Under the pieces are notes generated by a model, which was given only the letters and a program-made list of their open reading frames with translations, was not told where the DNA came from and did no database searches. From assembly GCA_963667365.1 (NCBI GenBank), contig OY763324.1:1210071-1274070 (forward strand): a DNA stretch of 64,000 bases. Reading direction: 5' to 3'. This stretch comes from Candidatus Poribacteria bacterium (lineage in GTDB: Bacteria; Poribacteria; WGA-4E; WGA-3G). Shown one piece after another: positions 17,035 to 27,424 of this stretch (the first letter of the stretch is position 1; each line of letters opens with the position of its first letter). The position numbers and the translations under genes are program-made.

Positions 17035-19365
17035 TCAGGTGCCTCCTGAGTGTGGATCAAGTGGATTGAATCCTGATTCAGTATCTGTAAGACTTGGGAA
17101 TGGATTTGCAGGAGGTGGAGGAGGACCTGATTGACTACCTTCTGGTGGTTTACTCCGATTTACGCTTACAGAATCAGGAGATTTATTTTCATCCTCAGGA
17201 TTGTCAGTTTCCTCGTCTGTCTCCTCAGACAGTGGCACTTTGTTTTCGGGTCCATACTTCTCAATATCGTCTTTTGAACCACTTTGTTGCTCACCAGAAT
17301 TTTGAGATTTTCCGCTTGGCGTTTGGTTCTTCTGTTGTGATGGATCGGTAGGTTTGCTGTCCGATTGGTTTGCGTCTGTCGGTTTTTGGCTGTCAGAATT
17401 CTGTGAAGATTTGTCTTGCTGACTGCTTTCTGCTGACTGCTGATCACTTGGATTTGACTGTTGATCACTTGGGTTTCCAGGTGCTTCGGATGCCTGTGCA
17501 AGTAAATTGGCGACCGATGGCATTTTCTTACTCGCTATATCCTCTAAATTTTCAAGCATGTCTGACCACGATTCGAGTTGTTCTGCATCAAACTCACTGT
17601 TCTTTCCTGCTTCTTCAAGCAACTCTTCACCGCTATCAATGAGACTATCAAGTTTTGCTGCGTTGGCACGTTCTGATGCAGCTTGATTCTGTAGTTTTTT
17701 CCGCTGTGCTGGGTCGTCAAGTGCCTCGGTGGGTAGGTTTTGAAGTTCACGATTAGTTTCATGTAATTGCAGCTCTTTATCGTGGACATCTTTTGCAGCA
17801 CCTGCCCAAAGCTGCATCTGTCCAATTAGCCATTTAAAGTGTTCTGCTGGATTAAGTACATGCAATACGATTTGCGGTGAATGTACACGTTCGCGGTTGG
17901 GGAAATAGTCCTCCGCATAGGCACGTAAACGTAGGCTTTGAGGTGGCACATTTTCACGTTCAACAGAGAATGTCGCAGGTACGGTTAAGGCTTCTGAAGT
18001 CGGAGATCCTGCTGATACGGTTTTGTTGCCAATGGCGGGTTCAGGATTTTGAATCGGATTCTCAATACCTTCCCATTCCAAACCGACCTGTTTTATTCCG
18101 AAGTCATCCTCTGCCTGAATCTCAAATGTGAGCACTTCTGTAGAAAGGACAACCTGATTATTCTTGAGTTTGGTAAGGGCAATCGTTGGTTCTGCGTCAT
18201 CTTGCAGATCAAACTGCAGGACTTGCGGTTCACTTGCTGCGAGTCCAAAACTATCTTTCCATGTCAGCTGCATCTCTGTCGTCTCTTCTACTGAAATTGG
18301 TTCGGTTATTACGTTGGCACCATCCACTTTTTGAGGACGGTCGTTTAACGTTGCTTCCGACAAGTCACGTGTAATTGTTGCTTCCAAGGTGGCAGTGCTA
18401 CCCTTCACCAAGTTAACTATTCCACCACGCACATCATCTATTCTCGGTTCTTCGCGTTGTAGATAGTCGGGTAACTGGACGTTGGCGATGAGTTCTTTCA
18501 GTGCTGGACGCAATTTCGGTTCAACTGGAATGGAACGGCGCGCATCTCCCACGCGTAGGTTAACTTGACCATCCACAGTTTGCGGTGGTAATTGAAACTT
18601 GTAGGATTCGCCTTCTCGTTCTGCAACTATAGGTTCTTGGTCCGCATATCGTGCTTCACCGGATTCGGGTTTCCATTGTGATTCGTCTTTCAATTGCGCT
18701 TCTACATCAAAGGGTTCTGCATAAGCCACGACACGTAGATCTGGATTACCATCCAATTGTGCAAAGGTATATCGTTCCACATTTCGCCAAGGAGTAAGCC
18801 ATCGTGCTAAGGCATTACGACTGGTTGCCGGGATTATAAGTGCCCCGATTATTACCAATACTAATGGGAACCCTACAGCCAATGCCCATCGACGATGTTT
18901 CGGATTCGGCACTGCATCTGTCAAGTTGTGTTTTGCTACCTCTTCGTCAACTTGGCGCATAGCGGCTGCAACCAGTGCAGGACTTGATGATTGATCCGAC
19001 CTTTCTGATGCGAGTTCTACTATACCGAGTACGTGATCACCAAAACGCGGAAACTTATGTTTCAACAACTTCGCGATGCCTTCTAATTGACGATTTCGCC
19101 AGACCCAATTATAATACTTGAATGGTAGGAATATTACCATTCCAACCATGCCGACTATTAGTATGAGGGTGCGCAGCAACGTAGGTGTATCAAACAGTCG
19201 GTCTAAACCAAACACGATAAGATACGATATGATAAGACCAAAGATTGCTGCTAACGTGCCTTCGGCAAGTTTGATTATCCATACACGTTTTTTGTACTGT
19301 TCTAATGCTTTTTTCATTCGCGGAGGTAAGTTCACCCCGTTATTTTGTGGTTGTGTTTGGTTCAT
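17035..19365 (-). CDS. membrane protein (two N-terminal TM helices) with a C-terminal S/Q/P-rich low-complexity tail
   Basis: TM segments LAAIFGLIISYLIVFGL and LILIVGMVGMVIFLPF. The tail is encoded by near-tandem 21-bp repeats around 17400-17480 (SDQQSNPSDQQS). Confidence 0.55.
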   Translation of the reverse strand: MNQTQPQNNGVNLPPRMKKALEQYKKRVWIIKLAEGTLAAIFGLIISYLIVFGLDRLFDTPTLLRTLILIVGMVGMVIFLPFKYYNWVWRNRQLEGIAKLLKHKFPRFGDHVLGIVELASERSDQSSSPALVAAAMRQVDEEVAKHNLTDAVPNPKHRRWALAVGFPLVLVIIGALIIPATSRNALARWLTPWRNVERYTFAQLDGNPDLRVVAYAEPFDVEAQLKDESQWKPESGEARYADQEPIVAEREGESYKFQLPPQTVDGQVNLRVGDARRSIPVEPKLRPALKELIANVQLPDYLQREEPRIDDVRGGIVNLVKGSTATLEATITRDLSEATLNDRPQKVDGANVITEPISVEETTEMQLTWKDSFGLAASEPQVLQFDLQDDAEPTIALTKLKNNQVVLSTEVLTFEIQAEDDFGIKQVGLEWEGIENPIQNPEPAIGNKTVSAGSPTSEALTVPATFSVERENVPPQSLRLRAYAEDYFPNRERVHSPQIVLHVLNPAEHFKWLIGQMQLWAGAAKDVHDKELQLHETNRELQNLPTEALDDPAQRKKLQNQAASERANAAKLDSLIDSGEELLEEAGKNSEFDAEQLESWSDMLENLEDIASKKMPSVANLLAQASEAPGNPSDQQSNPSDQQSAESSQQDKSSQNSDSQKPTDANQSDSKPTDPSQQKNQTPSGKSQNSGEQQSGSKDDIEKYGPENKVPLSEETDEETDNPEDENKSPDSVSVNRSKPPEGSQSGPPPPPANPFPSLTDTESGFNPLDPHSGGT

Positions 19366-19638
19366 TTAAGTTCTCCTTTTGAATGACTTCCTATTTGGTT
19401 TTACATTCTGCAATACTTCGATAAGAATTCCGTTATCACTCAGTCTATATTTACCCGGTGTGCTAAAACTTCAATTTTTCCGTTATCTGCAAAGTCTGTA
19501 ATATAATGCCTTAAAGATTCTATATTTCTATTCCGTCAGTTAAAGTGTGTAAAAGTTGATACTTACGAATTGATATGTTAATTATACACTATTTCGGATT
19601 AAATTATATGAAAAAGAGGGTATTCTACATACATTAGT

Positions 19639-21849
19639 TTATATTGTACCTGCCATCTTCCGTGCAACCCAAAATAATCCCATAAGAAGAATAATGAATC
19701 CTCCCCAAAATGGGTTTGCCCAGATTCGCGTTCGCTTGGTAATCGGTTCAGGTTCTGGTAGTGCTGCGAGGTGATCTAACAACGTTCCCACTTCATCAAT
19801 TGAGACCAATTTGCCGTCTGTGATTTTGGTGATTTCTTCTAAGACATCAAAACGCGCCAAACGACCTTGTTGTTCTCTATTTAAGCCTTGAACTGACAGA
19901 TCCGTTTGAATGGAAGCACCTGTTTCGCTACTGCTTGCAACTAAACGGTAGGTGCCTGCCTCTTTCGGTATATATGTCCCGATAAACAATCCCCATGCAT
20001 CTTCTGTGCCCGGTTGTAACCGAATTGTCTCTGTCTTACCCGAAGGTGAAATTGCCTGCACAATCACTGTACCTCTATCCAATGGTCCACCAAAGTTGTC
20101 AATCACATTAGCATTTAATGTTAGGACATCATCAACGTGTGGTCGGTCAGGGGAATAGAACAATCGTATTGATTCGCTTTGTGCCATCTGCCGTCGATAC
20201 GCCATCCAACGTGCAACTTGGCTCCAGAAGCGGTAATGGTATTTGTCTTCAACACCGTGTCGCCAACGCCATGCACTATCCGTTCCCATAAATAGCACTT
20301 TACCTGTGCCGTATGTCTTGGTCACGATGAGCGGCACCCGACCGGAAACTGTGGATGCTTGGTCGTGAACAGCCAGAGTCTCAGTCCCTACCTTCGCGCG
20401 TCTGGCACCAGCATACCAGAAAAATCCAGGTAATGTTCGCCACACCTCACTACTGTCAAGATCGGTATCACCGAGACGTGTTAACAAACTTCGTTGTCCG
20501 GGTTCGGTAAGTGCAAAATATCCCTGAAGACTTGAACCGACACCTTTCGGTATAGCAGGATCTAAGAGAACAGGATATAGGTCAGCAAGTGGACCGCTCA
20601 TCAAGGAATCATGTGCACCGGTGCGTCCCGGTAGAAAGACGATTCCAGCTGCTTGTGCACTGACGAGTTGTCGTAAGTCTTGTGCTTGTTCAACCGTCAT
20701 TTGGTCTGGTGCTATACCAACATCTCCAAGAAACACTACATCAAATTTACTAAGTTCTCTTGCATCGGGGAACCGTTTAATATAACCGCGTCCACCCCCA
20801 ACTTCAGGTAATTTTGGATGAAAAAGGAGACAAGTTACATCAACACCAGCATCCCGTTCCAAGGCGTTGCGTAGATATCGGTATTCCCAACGTGGAAAAG
20901 ATTCAATGACAAGGACTTTCAACTGCTCTTTACGTATAGATATAGGGGCAGAAAGTTCATTATTTTCAGGAATCAATTCCTGCATATCCTTCGCAATCCG
21001 TAACGTTAGGTCGTAATCACCAGTTTCTGTTGGTGTCCACGCCATGTTATCTTGTGCTTTGCTCATAGCAGGGACAGTGATTACTTTGCTAACCGTTGCC
21101 TCGTTATTTATGCTTAACGTGAGACTCACTTCCCGGTCTTGTCCTAAGGTATTCCGTACGACAAACGGGATCCGAAGTTGTTTCTTCGTTACACCATAAG
21201 TCGGAGCATCCATGCTAACTAACTCAAGATCAGGCAAGGGCACTTCACTGCCGACTCCAACAGCGAATATCGGTATCTCTTGCATGTGAAATCGAGGTGC
21301 TGAATCCACCGCAGGTGAGTCACCGATATTCCAATCACCATCCGTTAACAATACCACACCGCGAAGATTAGAATGATTTTCCAGAACGTATGATAATCCG
21401 GCGTTTATATCAGTAGCTTCTTCCGCAGGATCTAAAAGTGAAGAAAACGGCTCAAATATAATATTAAGATCGGTATCATCCTCTGTTTTCCAAACTTCTT
21501 CGGACATCAGTGGTTGAATCGTTTCAGCACGACTTTTGCGATTGTCAGTCGTGTCTTGCTCATTGAGAACATCCCGTGTTTTCATGCTGTTGGATATGTC
21601 CCAAAGGACAACAAGTGTTGAACGTTGTTCCGGAGGTTGTGATTCCAACCATTCGGGTTGATTTAACGTGAGAATCACAAGGCAGACAAGCACAAAACGG
21701 AGCAACTCGAGCCATCCGATCTGCTTACGGTAACCGCTACGGTGCCATGCATACCAACATAGCACACCGGTTGCGGTGATGATTATAACTCCCAATATTA
21801 TGACGTAAGTGTTTGAAAAGAATTCAAGGTATCCTTGTTGGTCTTGCAT
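19639..21849 (-). CDS. BatA/BatB-like membrane protein with a vWA domain and a C-terminal GATase1-like domain
   Basis: N-terminal double TM, a vWA MIDAS-like VVLWDISNSM, and a large C-terminal domain. Confidence 0.6.
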   Translation of the reverse strand: MQDQQGYLEFFSNTYVIILGVIIITATGVLCWYAWHRSGYRKQIGWLELLRFVLVCLVILTLNQPEWLESQPPEQRSTLVVLWDISNSMKTRDVLNEQDTTDNRKSRAETIQPLMSEEVWKTEDDTDLNIIFEPFSSLLDPAEEATDINAGLSYVLENHSNLRGVVLLTDGDWNIGDSPAVDSAPRFHMQEIPIFAVGVGSEVPLPDLELVSMDAPTYGVTKKQLRIPFVVRNTLGQDREVSLTLSINNEATVSKVITVPAMSKAQDNMAWTPTETGDYDLTLRIAKDMQELIPENNELSAPISIRKEQLKVLVIESFPRWEYRYLRNALERDAGVDVTCLLFHPKLPEVGGGRGYIKRFPDARELSKFDVVFLGDVGIAPDQMTVEQAQDLRQLVSAQAAGIVFLPGRTGAHDSLMSGPLADLYPVLLDPAIPKGVGSSLQGYFALTEPGQRSLLTRLGDTDLDSSEVWRTLPGFFWYAGARRAKVGTETLAVHDQASTVSGRVPLIVTKTYGTGKVLFMGTDSAWRWRHGVEDKYHYRFWSQVARWMAYRRQMAQSESIRLFYSPDRPHVDDVLTLNANVIDNFGGPLDRGTVIVQAISPSGKTETIRLQPGTEDAWGLFIGTYIPKEAGTYRLVASSSETGASIQTDLSVQGLNREQQGRLARFDVLEEITKITDGKLVSIDEVGTLLDHLAALPEPEPITKRTRIWANPFWGGFIILLMGLFWVARKMAGTI

Positions 21850-22017
21850 ATTTTGTATTCCTAATCTTGGTAATCAGTTTTCAGTTCTCAGCATTTTCAG
21901 CAAAATTGTTACATCGTATACTCTCAAAGTTAAATGATGAGATTTTCCCAAACTTGTAATTTCCGAAAATCTTGCATATTCATTCCTAAAAATCAACAGA
22001 CAACTGATTTCTGACTA

Positions 22018-24039
22018 CTAATCCGCGTTTCCATCTGCAGTTGCAAAGTCAATCAGAGGGTTGTTTTCAACCTTCTTACTCGGCAAACTCAGAATCGCTT
22101 CCACAATAAGTGCTACTGCCATAGCAATGAGGAAGATACGCCAAAGTTCATTTGCTAATGAGGATGTGTCTCCCACCTCTACATCTATTCGTCGATATGA
22201 TAATCCGTCAAACAGAGAATCAACAGACTCTGCAGGTGCCGCTTTAGCAGAATCTTCAGCTTCGCTACGGTTTACGGCTACCCAATATTCCTCGTCTCGG
22301 TAGACACCAGCATGTAATCCGCGTTGTGAGACGGATACTGCTCCATCTTCAGGTGCAACCGCTTTCCAATTATCATTACCTGTAAGTGCATCAGGTGTAG
22401 CGTCGCGTTGAGATGCCTCGGCTAAGGCACGACATCCTTCTGCTAACGCACGTTGTAGCATAACATAAAACACAACCCCATCTCGTTCAAAAGAAGAGAA
22501 TTGCGCTGTTGGTAGTGTGCTACAAAAATATACACCACCACGGTCGGTATTCATTCGGGTTAACAACGGGATAGCGTCACCAAACCTTGCTAACGTAGTT
22601 CCAGTGCTTTCAAGAGAACGGTAACGATAGATGCGAAGATCGTTCAATGGCAAGGCATCACCACTTTCCGAACGTGCTAACAGATCCGTATCACTACGCC
22701 ACCAAGACATCTCGTATTGTTGACCATCTTCAGGATTCTGCCAGACGTTCCAATGTGAGTCAAAAAATGTCTCTCCAGCATTCCCATTCGGTGGAAAGAA
22801 GATAACGACCCGTCCACTGTTGACGAAATTTTGAATCTGTTCCGCAACCAACCCATTTGGTAAAGCTGCCTGCCAGATCAACAATCCCGTATTTTCCCAA
22901 TCAATCTCGCCAACGCGGTTTACAGGAATTACATCTGATTGATGTTGAAGTCGTGAATCAGGAGGGATAACAAGTGCACGTTGAAAAGCTTCACCTATTC
23001 TTGCGTCATCACTGACAATGACCGATTGCCTGACTGGCGGTTCAGAAAATACAAAGAAAAATCGGTTGTCTAAGGGATTGGCATCACCCGGTAACCCGAT
23101 GGATCCCCATCCAGAAGTGATTTCGTTGTTAATAGGAATGCGGTGTCCTTGTAAGGATGCACCGCGTGCATCAAGTTCAACTTCAACCACAGAACGCACG
23201 TTATTGACTTCAAACTCAATTGGCACACTTCGTATTGCTGCAGTATTCCCTTCAACACGAACCATTACATCAAGAATGAGTTCCGCCTCGTTGCCTCGTT
23301 GCCAACGTTGTACGTTTTCCACCCGAACAGATAAGTTGTTTGAAGGTGGCGCGGAATATGCCAGCAAGAAATGATGGACACCATCAAGCTGTGAAAATTC
23401 ATCGCGTATAGTGTCCCAACGTCCACTTTCAACAGACCAATCGTTTCCACGAAGGTCAGAACAGAGCCATACGTCTGCACGTCCAGAATTGTTTGCCTTA
23501 AGATAGGCTAAGGCGGATTCATACATGCCGGGTATATTGGCACTGGTTGCACTTGACTCAGTCATAGGTAAGCTCAATAGTGCCTTCGGTGAGTCTACTT
23601 CATGGAGTTGTCCGGTGGCACTGTCAATCAGTATCAGGTGTGTTCCGTAATCACCTTGTTCCAGCAACTGTGTGAGCCTTTTTAGTGCTGTAGATCTTTT
23701 CGACTCACCAGCCTGCAGGTCTTGTGCTTCCATACTCGAGGATCGGTCAAGAAGAACCATAGTGACATCGGGTTTTGCTAATCCAATACTGCCTAACCAG
23801 CCGCCAGATAGTGGACGACTGATCGCAAAAATTAATGCTGCGATAGCGAGAACACGCATAAGTAGGATGAAAATATGGCGAATACGCGCCATACCTTTAC
23901 TCATCCGTTTCGCAGTCATGAGGAACATCATAGCTGCCCAAGGCACGGTTCGGTGCCGCTGTTGATTGATTAGGTGAATGATCACCGGCAGTAACATGAT
24001 GGGTAGTGCTATTAATGCTAAGGGTTGTAAAAAATTCAT
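22018..24039 (-). CDS. BatA-like protein (aerotolerance-regulator N-terminal double-TM domain plus vWA)
   Basis: MNFLQPLALIALPIMLLPVIIHLINQ matches the BatA N-terminal domain; the vWA motif is MVLLDRSSSME. Confidence 0.7.
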   Translation of the reverse strand: MNFLQPLALIALPIMLLPVIIHLINQQRHRTVPWAAMMFLMTAKRMSKGMARIRHIFILLMRVLAIAALIFAISRPLSGGWLGSIGLAKPDVTMVLLDRSSSMEAQDLQAGESKRSTALKRLTQLLEQGDYGTHLILIDSATGQLHEVDSPKALLSLPMTESSATSANIPGMYESALAYLKANNSGRADVWLCSDLRGNDWSVESGRWDTIRDEFSQLDGVHHFLLAYSAPPSNNLSVRVENVQRWQRGNEAELILDVMVRVEGNTAAIRSVPIEFEVNNVRSVVEVELDARGASLQGHRIPINNEITSGWGSIGLPGDANPLDNRFFFVFSEPPVRQSVIVSDDARIGEAFQRALVIPPDSRLQHQSDVIPVNRVGEIDWENTGLLIWQAALPNGLVAEQIQNFVNSGRVVIFFPPNGNAGETFFDSHWNVWQNPEDGQQYEMSWWRSDTDLLARSESGDALPLNDLRIYRYRSLESTGTTLARFGDAIPLLTRMNTDRGGVYFCSTLPTAQFSSFERDGVVFYVMLQRALAEGCRALAEASQRDATPDALTGNDNWKAVAPEDGAVSVSQRGLHAGVYRDEEYWVAVNRSEAEDSAKAAPAESVDSLFDGLSYRRIDVEVGDTSSLANELWRIFLIAMAVALIVEAILSLPSKKVENNPLIDFATADGNAD

Positions 24040-24246
24040 AGTGTATTTTTTATTGCTTTCGGCTAATAGCCGTCAACTATTAGTATTTTAGTAAAGCGGT
24101 TAGCATTTTCTTTACTATTGCTGTTGTATTATTTGTTTTTAAGGATGTATTGTTATATTTAATTCTATTGGAATATGGACAATCGCTTATTTTCGCCAGC
24201 CGTCTGCTGATAGCCATTTGCTGATAACTGACAGCCAGTAACCACC

Positions 24247-25152
24247 CTACGCCCGTTTTTTGGGAGTACGTCCTAATAGGAACTTTGCTAAAACGTCGCC
24301 ATAATCCTCGTTGATACAGATACGGTGGTAGTCAATTTCTGTGTCTTGGATAACTTCGTTTATGCTTTCAATGTACACCTCAAGTGCACGCCGGTACTGT
24401 TCGCCTATAATGATCGGGTCTGCTAATATGGGTTCACCACCTTCCATATCAACAAATCTCATTGGACGATCAAATTCAAAATCAAGTTCGTTCTGTTCCA
24501 TGAGATGGAACACCGCTACATCGTGCTTACGGAATCGTAGATGTTCAAAACAGTTTCGCGCAACTTCAGGTTCAATGAACAGATCTGAAATGATGATAAT
24601 CAGTGCTCTCTGAGGTACACGTTCAGCTGTTTCGTGAAGAATCTCGGCTAATCCTGTTTCACCTGACGGTTCTACAGTTCCGAGTTCATCCAAGACCGTG
24701 CTGAGGTGTGTTGCGCTTCGTTTTGGGGGGATTTCTTTGTGAAAATGCTCACCTGCACAGTAGAGTCCGACTGCATCACCTTGAAGAGCAGCGATATAGG
24801 CTAATGTCCCACCGATGCGTCGGGCATAATCCAGTTTGCTCATACCGTTATAAGCGAATCCCATTGAACCGCTGGTATCAACGATTAAGCACATACGCAG
24901 GTTCGTATCAGCTTCAAATTCCTTGATGTAGTAACGATCATTCCGGGCATAAGCACGCCAATCAAGCCTACGTGTATCATCGCCGGGCACGTATTTACGG
25001 TACTCCGCGAACTCAAGGCTTGAACCGCGAATAGGACTGCGGTGTTTACCAGATACATTGCCTATCATAGGCAAACGGGCATGCAATTGTAACGTTGAGA
25101 GACGTTCAAGGACTTTCTGATTGAGGTAGTCTCGTTTGAGTTGCAGTGCCAT
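24247..25152 (-). CDS. DUF58 family protein (vWA-like), partner of MoxR
   Basis: YVPGDDTRRLDWRAYAR matches the DUF58 signature. The gene lies 3 nt downstream of moxR. Confidence 0.8.
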   Translation of the reverse strand: MALQLKRDYLNQKVLERLSTLQLHARLPMIGNVSGKHRSPIRGSSLEFAEYRKYVPGDDTRRLDWRAYARNDRYYIKEFEADTNLRMCLIVDTSGSMGFAYNGMSKLDYARRIGGTLAYIAALQGDAVGLYCAGEHFHKEIPPKRSATHLSTVLDELGTVEPSGETGLAEILHETAERVPQRALIIIISDLFIEPEVARNCFEHLRFRKHDVAVFHLMEQNELDFEFDRPMRFVDMEGGEPILADPIIIGEQYRRALEVYIESINEVIQDTEIDYHRICINEDYGDVLAKFLLGRTPKKRA

Positions 25153-25155
25153 TTT

Positions 25156-26175
25156 TTACCCCTGCTCAGATAATTCTTCAACGAGACGTTCAACAATGTC
25201 TTGGCTGGTAATGTTCTCGGATTCGGCAGCGAAGGATGTAATGACACGGTGTGCCAATACCGGGTTTGCTACTGCTGTCACATCTTCAAGCCGTGCCATA
25301 TAACTACCGCTTAGTGCAGCCCGTGCTTTAGCACCGAGTATAAGGTATTGAACTGCACGAGGACCTGCTCCCCAAGCAACGAGAGGCTTTAACCATTCTG
25401 GTGCTGCGTCGCCTTTCGGACGTGTACTTCGCGCTAAGTCAACGGCGAATTCGTAGATGTGTTCGGATACTGGAACGCGCCGAACAAGGTTTTGGAACGC
25501 TATCACACGCTCTCCCGTTAGCACGTGTTCCAACGACGGTAGTGACATACCGGTTGTTGTTCTGGCAATTTCGATTTCTTCAGAACGTGCAGGATAATCT
25601 ACCTCAATCCTGAACATAAAGCGGTCTAATTGCGCTTCGGGTAACGGGTACGTTCCCTCCTGCTCAATCGGGTTTTGCGTTGCTAACACAAAGAACGGAG
25701 GATCTAACTGATAGGTCCTTCCGATTACGGTAATCTTATATTCTTGCATGGCTTCAAGCATTGCTGCCTGTGTTTTAGATGGCGCACGGTTGATTTCATC
25801 AGCGAGGATAAGGTTCGCAAACAATGGTCCTTTTACGAACTCAAACTCGCGTCTACCACCCGGAATTTCTTGAAGAATGTCGGTTCCGGTGATATCCATC
25901 GGCATGAGGTCAGGTGTGAATTGGATCCTGCTGAATTCCAATGACATGGTTTCCGCAAATCGACTTACTAAGAGGGTCTTTGCTAAACCGGGTACACCCA
26001 TAAGCAAGGCATGTCCTTGAGCAAAAAGACAGATTGATAAGTTTTCAATGACTTGTTCCTGACCGATGATGATCTTCGCAAGCGATTGTTTTAATTGGTC
26101 ATAGACTTCGCGTAATTCGTCAATTGCAGCAACGTCATCGGCATCCATTTGGTCAATGTGTTGTGGCGTTTGCAT
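25156..26175 (-). CDS. moxR: MoxR-family AAA+ ATPase
   Basis: Walker A GVPGLAKT, a Walker B and arginine finger in the ADEINRA region, and a ~330-aa length. Confidence 0.85.
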   Translation of the reverse strand: MQTPQHIDQMDADDVAAIDELREVYDQLKQSLAKIIIGQEQVIENLSICLFAQGHALLMGVPGLAKTLLVSRFAETMSLEFSRIQFTPDLMPMDITGTDILQEIPGGRREFEFVKGPLFANLILADEINRAPSKTQAAMLEAMQEYKITVIGRTYQLDPPFFVLATQNPIEQEGTYPLPEAQLDRFMFRIEVDYPARSEEIEIARTTTGMSLPSLEHVLTGERVIAFQNLVRRVPVSEHIYEFAVDLARSTRPKGDAAPEWLKPLVAWGAGPRAVQYLILGAKARAALSGSYMARLEDVTAVANPVLAHRVITSFAAESENITSQDIVERLVEELSEQG

Positions 26176-26323
26176 AAGATTCCTTATTGATTGTCAGTTA
26201 TCGTTATCCGATTCTGAGGTTTTGAATAAAAGGTTAGTTTTTTGACTCTTAAGGTATTTTAATTGTCTGTACCAGGATTTATATATTTTATGTTCTCATT
26301 TAGCGAAGGTCTGTATTTACAGG

Positions 26324-27007
26324 TTAATTCTCAGATTTCGTATGTATGTGATGTCCGTTGCAGCTTGCTTTAAAGACAGCATCAATTGCTCCGAAAAGGT
26401 GCTGCAAGTTATCCATCGTTACACTTGTTCTATTTCGGGTAAAGTCATCACCAACAAGTTGTCCAAATTCCCACAACTTTCCGTCACTCACAATTCCATA
26501 GACAGGGAAATCTATATCATCATTAATTTTTTGAGAGGCGACTAATTCTGCAAGACATTGTCCCCAGCCTTGATCAAAATCATTTTTCTTTGCCTCAACG
26601 AGGATGATCAAAGGTATTCCAACAACAGGGAGTCCTAACTCAGACCTTGTAGAGATAAAGTAATCAGGAGTGCCGCTCAGTGTTTCATCGTAGGTGATTG
26701 CTTTCTTAATCCATAGCGCGTAGTCTTTAGCGTATGCTTTGTAAACCTCCTTCAAAATTGGAAAAATAATAGCCTCACAACGTGCTGCCTCGGAGGCGAA
26801 TATATCTATATGTTGAGTACAAAACTCAAATTCTTCCAAGAATTGTGCTGATGGAGTGACTGTTGGCTCCTCAATTTGGACGAAATCTTTTACAGTGTAT
26901 GTAATTCTGAATTTTTCTAACACTTCTGGGATTGTTTTGAAATCGCTAAAAGCCATGTGTTTGACCTCTTCTTTAAGCATTTTAGCATACTTTAGGGAGT
27001 ATGTCAA
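26324..27007 (-). CDS. PD-(D/E)xK nuclease-fold protein (HsdR-N/restriction-endonuclease-like), orphan
   Basis: TPDYF ... IPLIILVEAKK gives the D...(hydrophobic beta-strand)-EAK motif. It is a stand-alone gene flanked by 148- and 417-bp gaps. Confidence 0.55.
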   Translation of the reverse strand: MTYSLKYAKMLKEEVKHMAFSDFKTIPEVLEKFRITYTVKDFVQIEEPTVTPSAQFLEEFEFCTQHIDIFASEAARCEAIIFPILKEVYKAYAKDYALWIKKAITYDETLSGTPDYFISTRSELGLPVVGIPLIILVEAKKNDFDQGWGQCLAELVASQKINDDIDFPVYGIVSDGKLWEFGQLVGDDFTRNRTSVTMDNLQHLFGAIDAVFKASCNGHHIHTKSEN

Positions 27008-27424
27008 GGGTTAGGCAAACCATTTAGTATTCGGTATTCTAACCCAGAAGCATGAAGAAATCCAATATACACAGAACTGTCGCAAAATATTTGACATGGA
27101 TCAGTTAAAACAGTCATGCCATATAACCTTCATAATTTAAAGACGCAATATTAAGTCGGAAAGGATGCATAAAATGAAAATAGTCAGATAATTATTCCTC
27201 AGTATAAATAATGACGGCTACTTCGGAAATCGATTCGTTGTCAATAGAGATGATAAAAATATAACCGTGCATGGCTTTGTCTCTTGAGTTTAGAAGGGGA
27301 TATCATCGTGGTCAGTTGTGTGTGGGTCTGTTGGTCTGTCTCGTTTGCGCGATGATCTATCGTTTCGGAGTCGGCTCTTTCGTCTGATGACGCAATTCAA
27401 ATAATTGTGTAAGTCCTGATATAT

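Noticed and set aside
24040-24246. Terminator inside the Bat operon (CGGCTAATAGCCG palindrome)
   Set aside because: The U-tract is on the wrong side for the minus-strand transcript, so this is more likely a spacer or internal promoter region.
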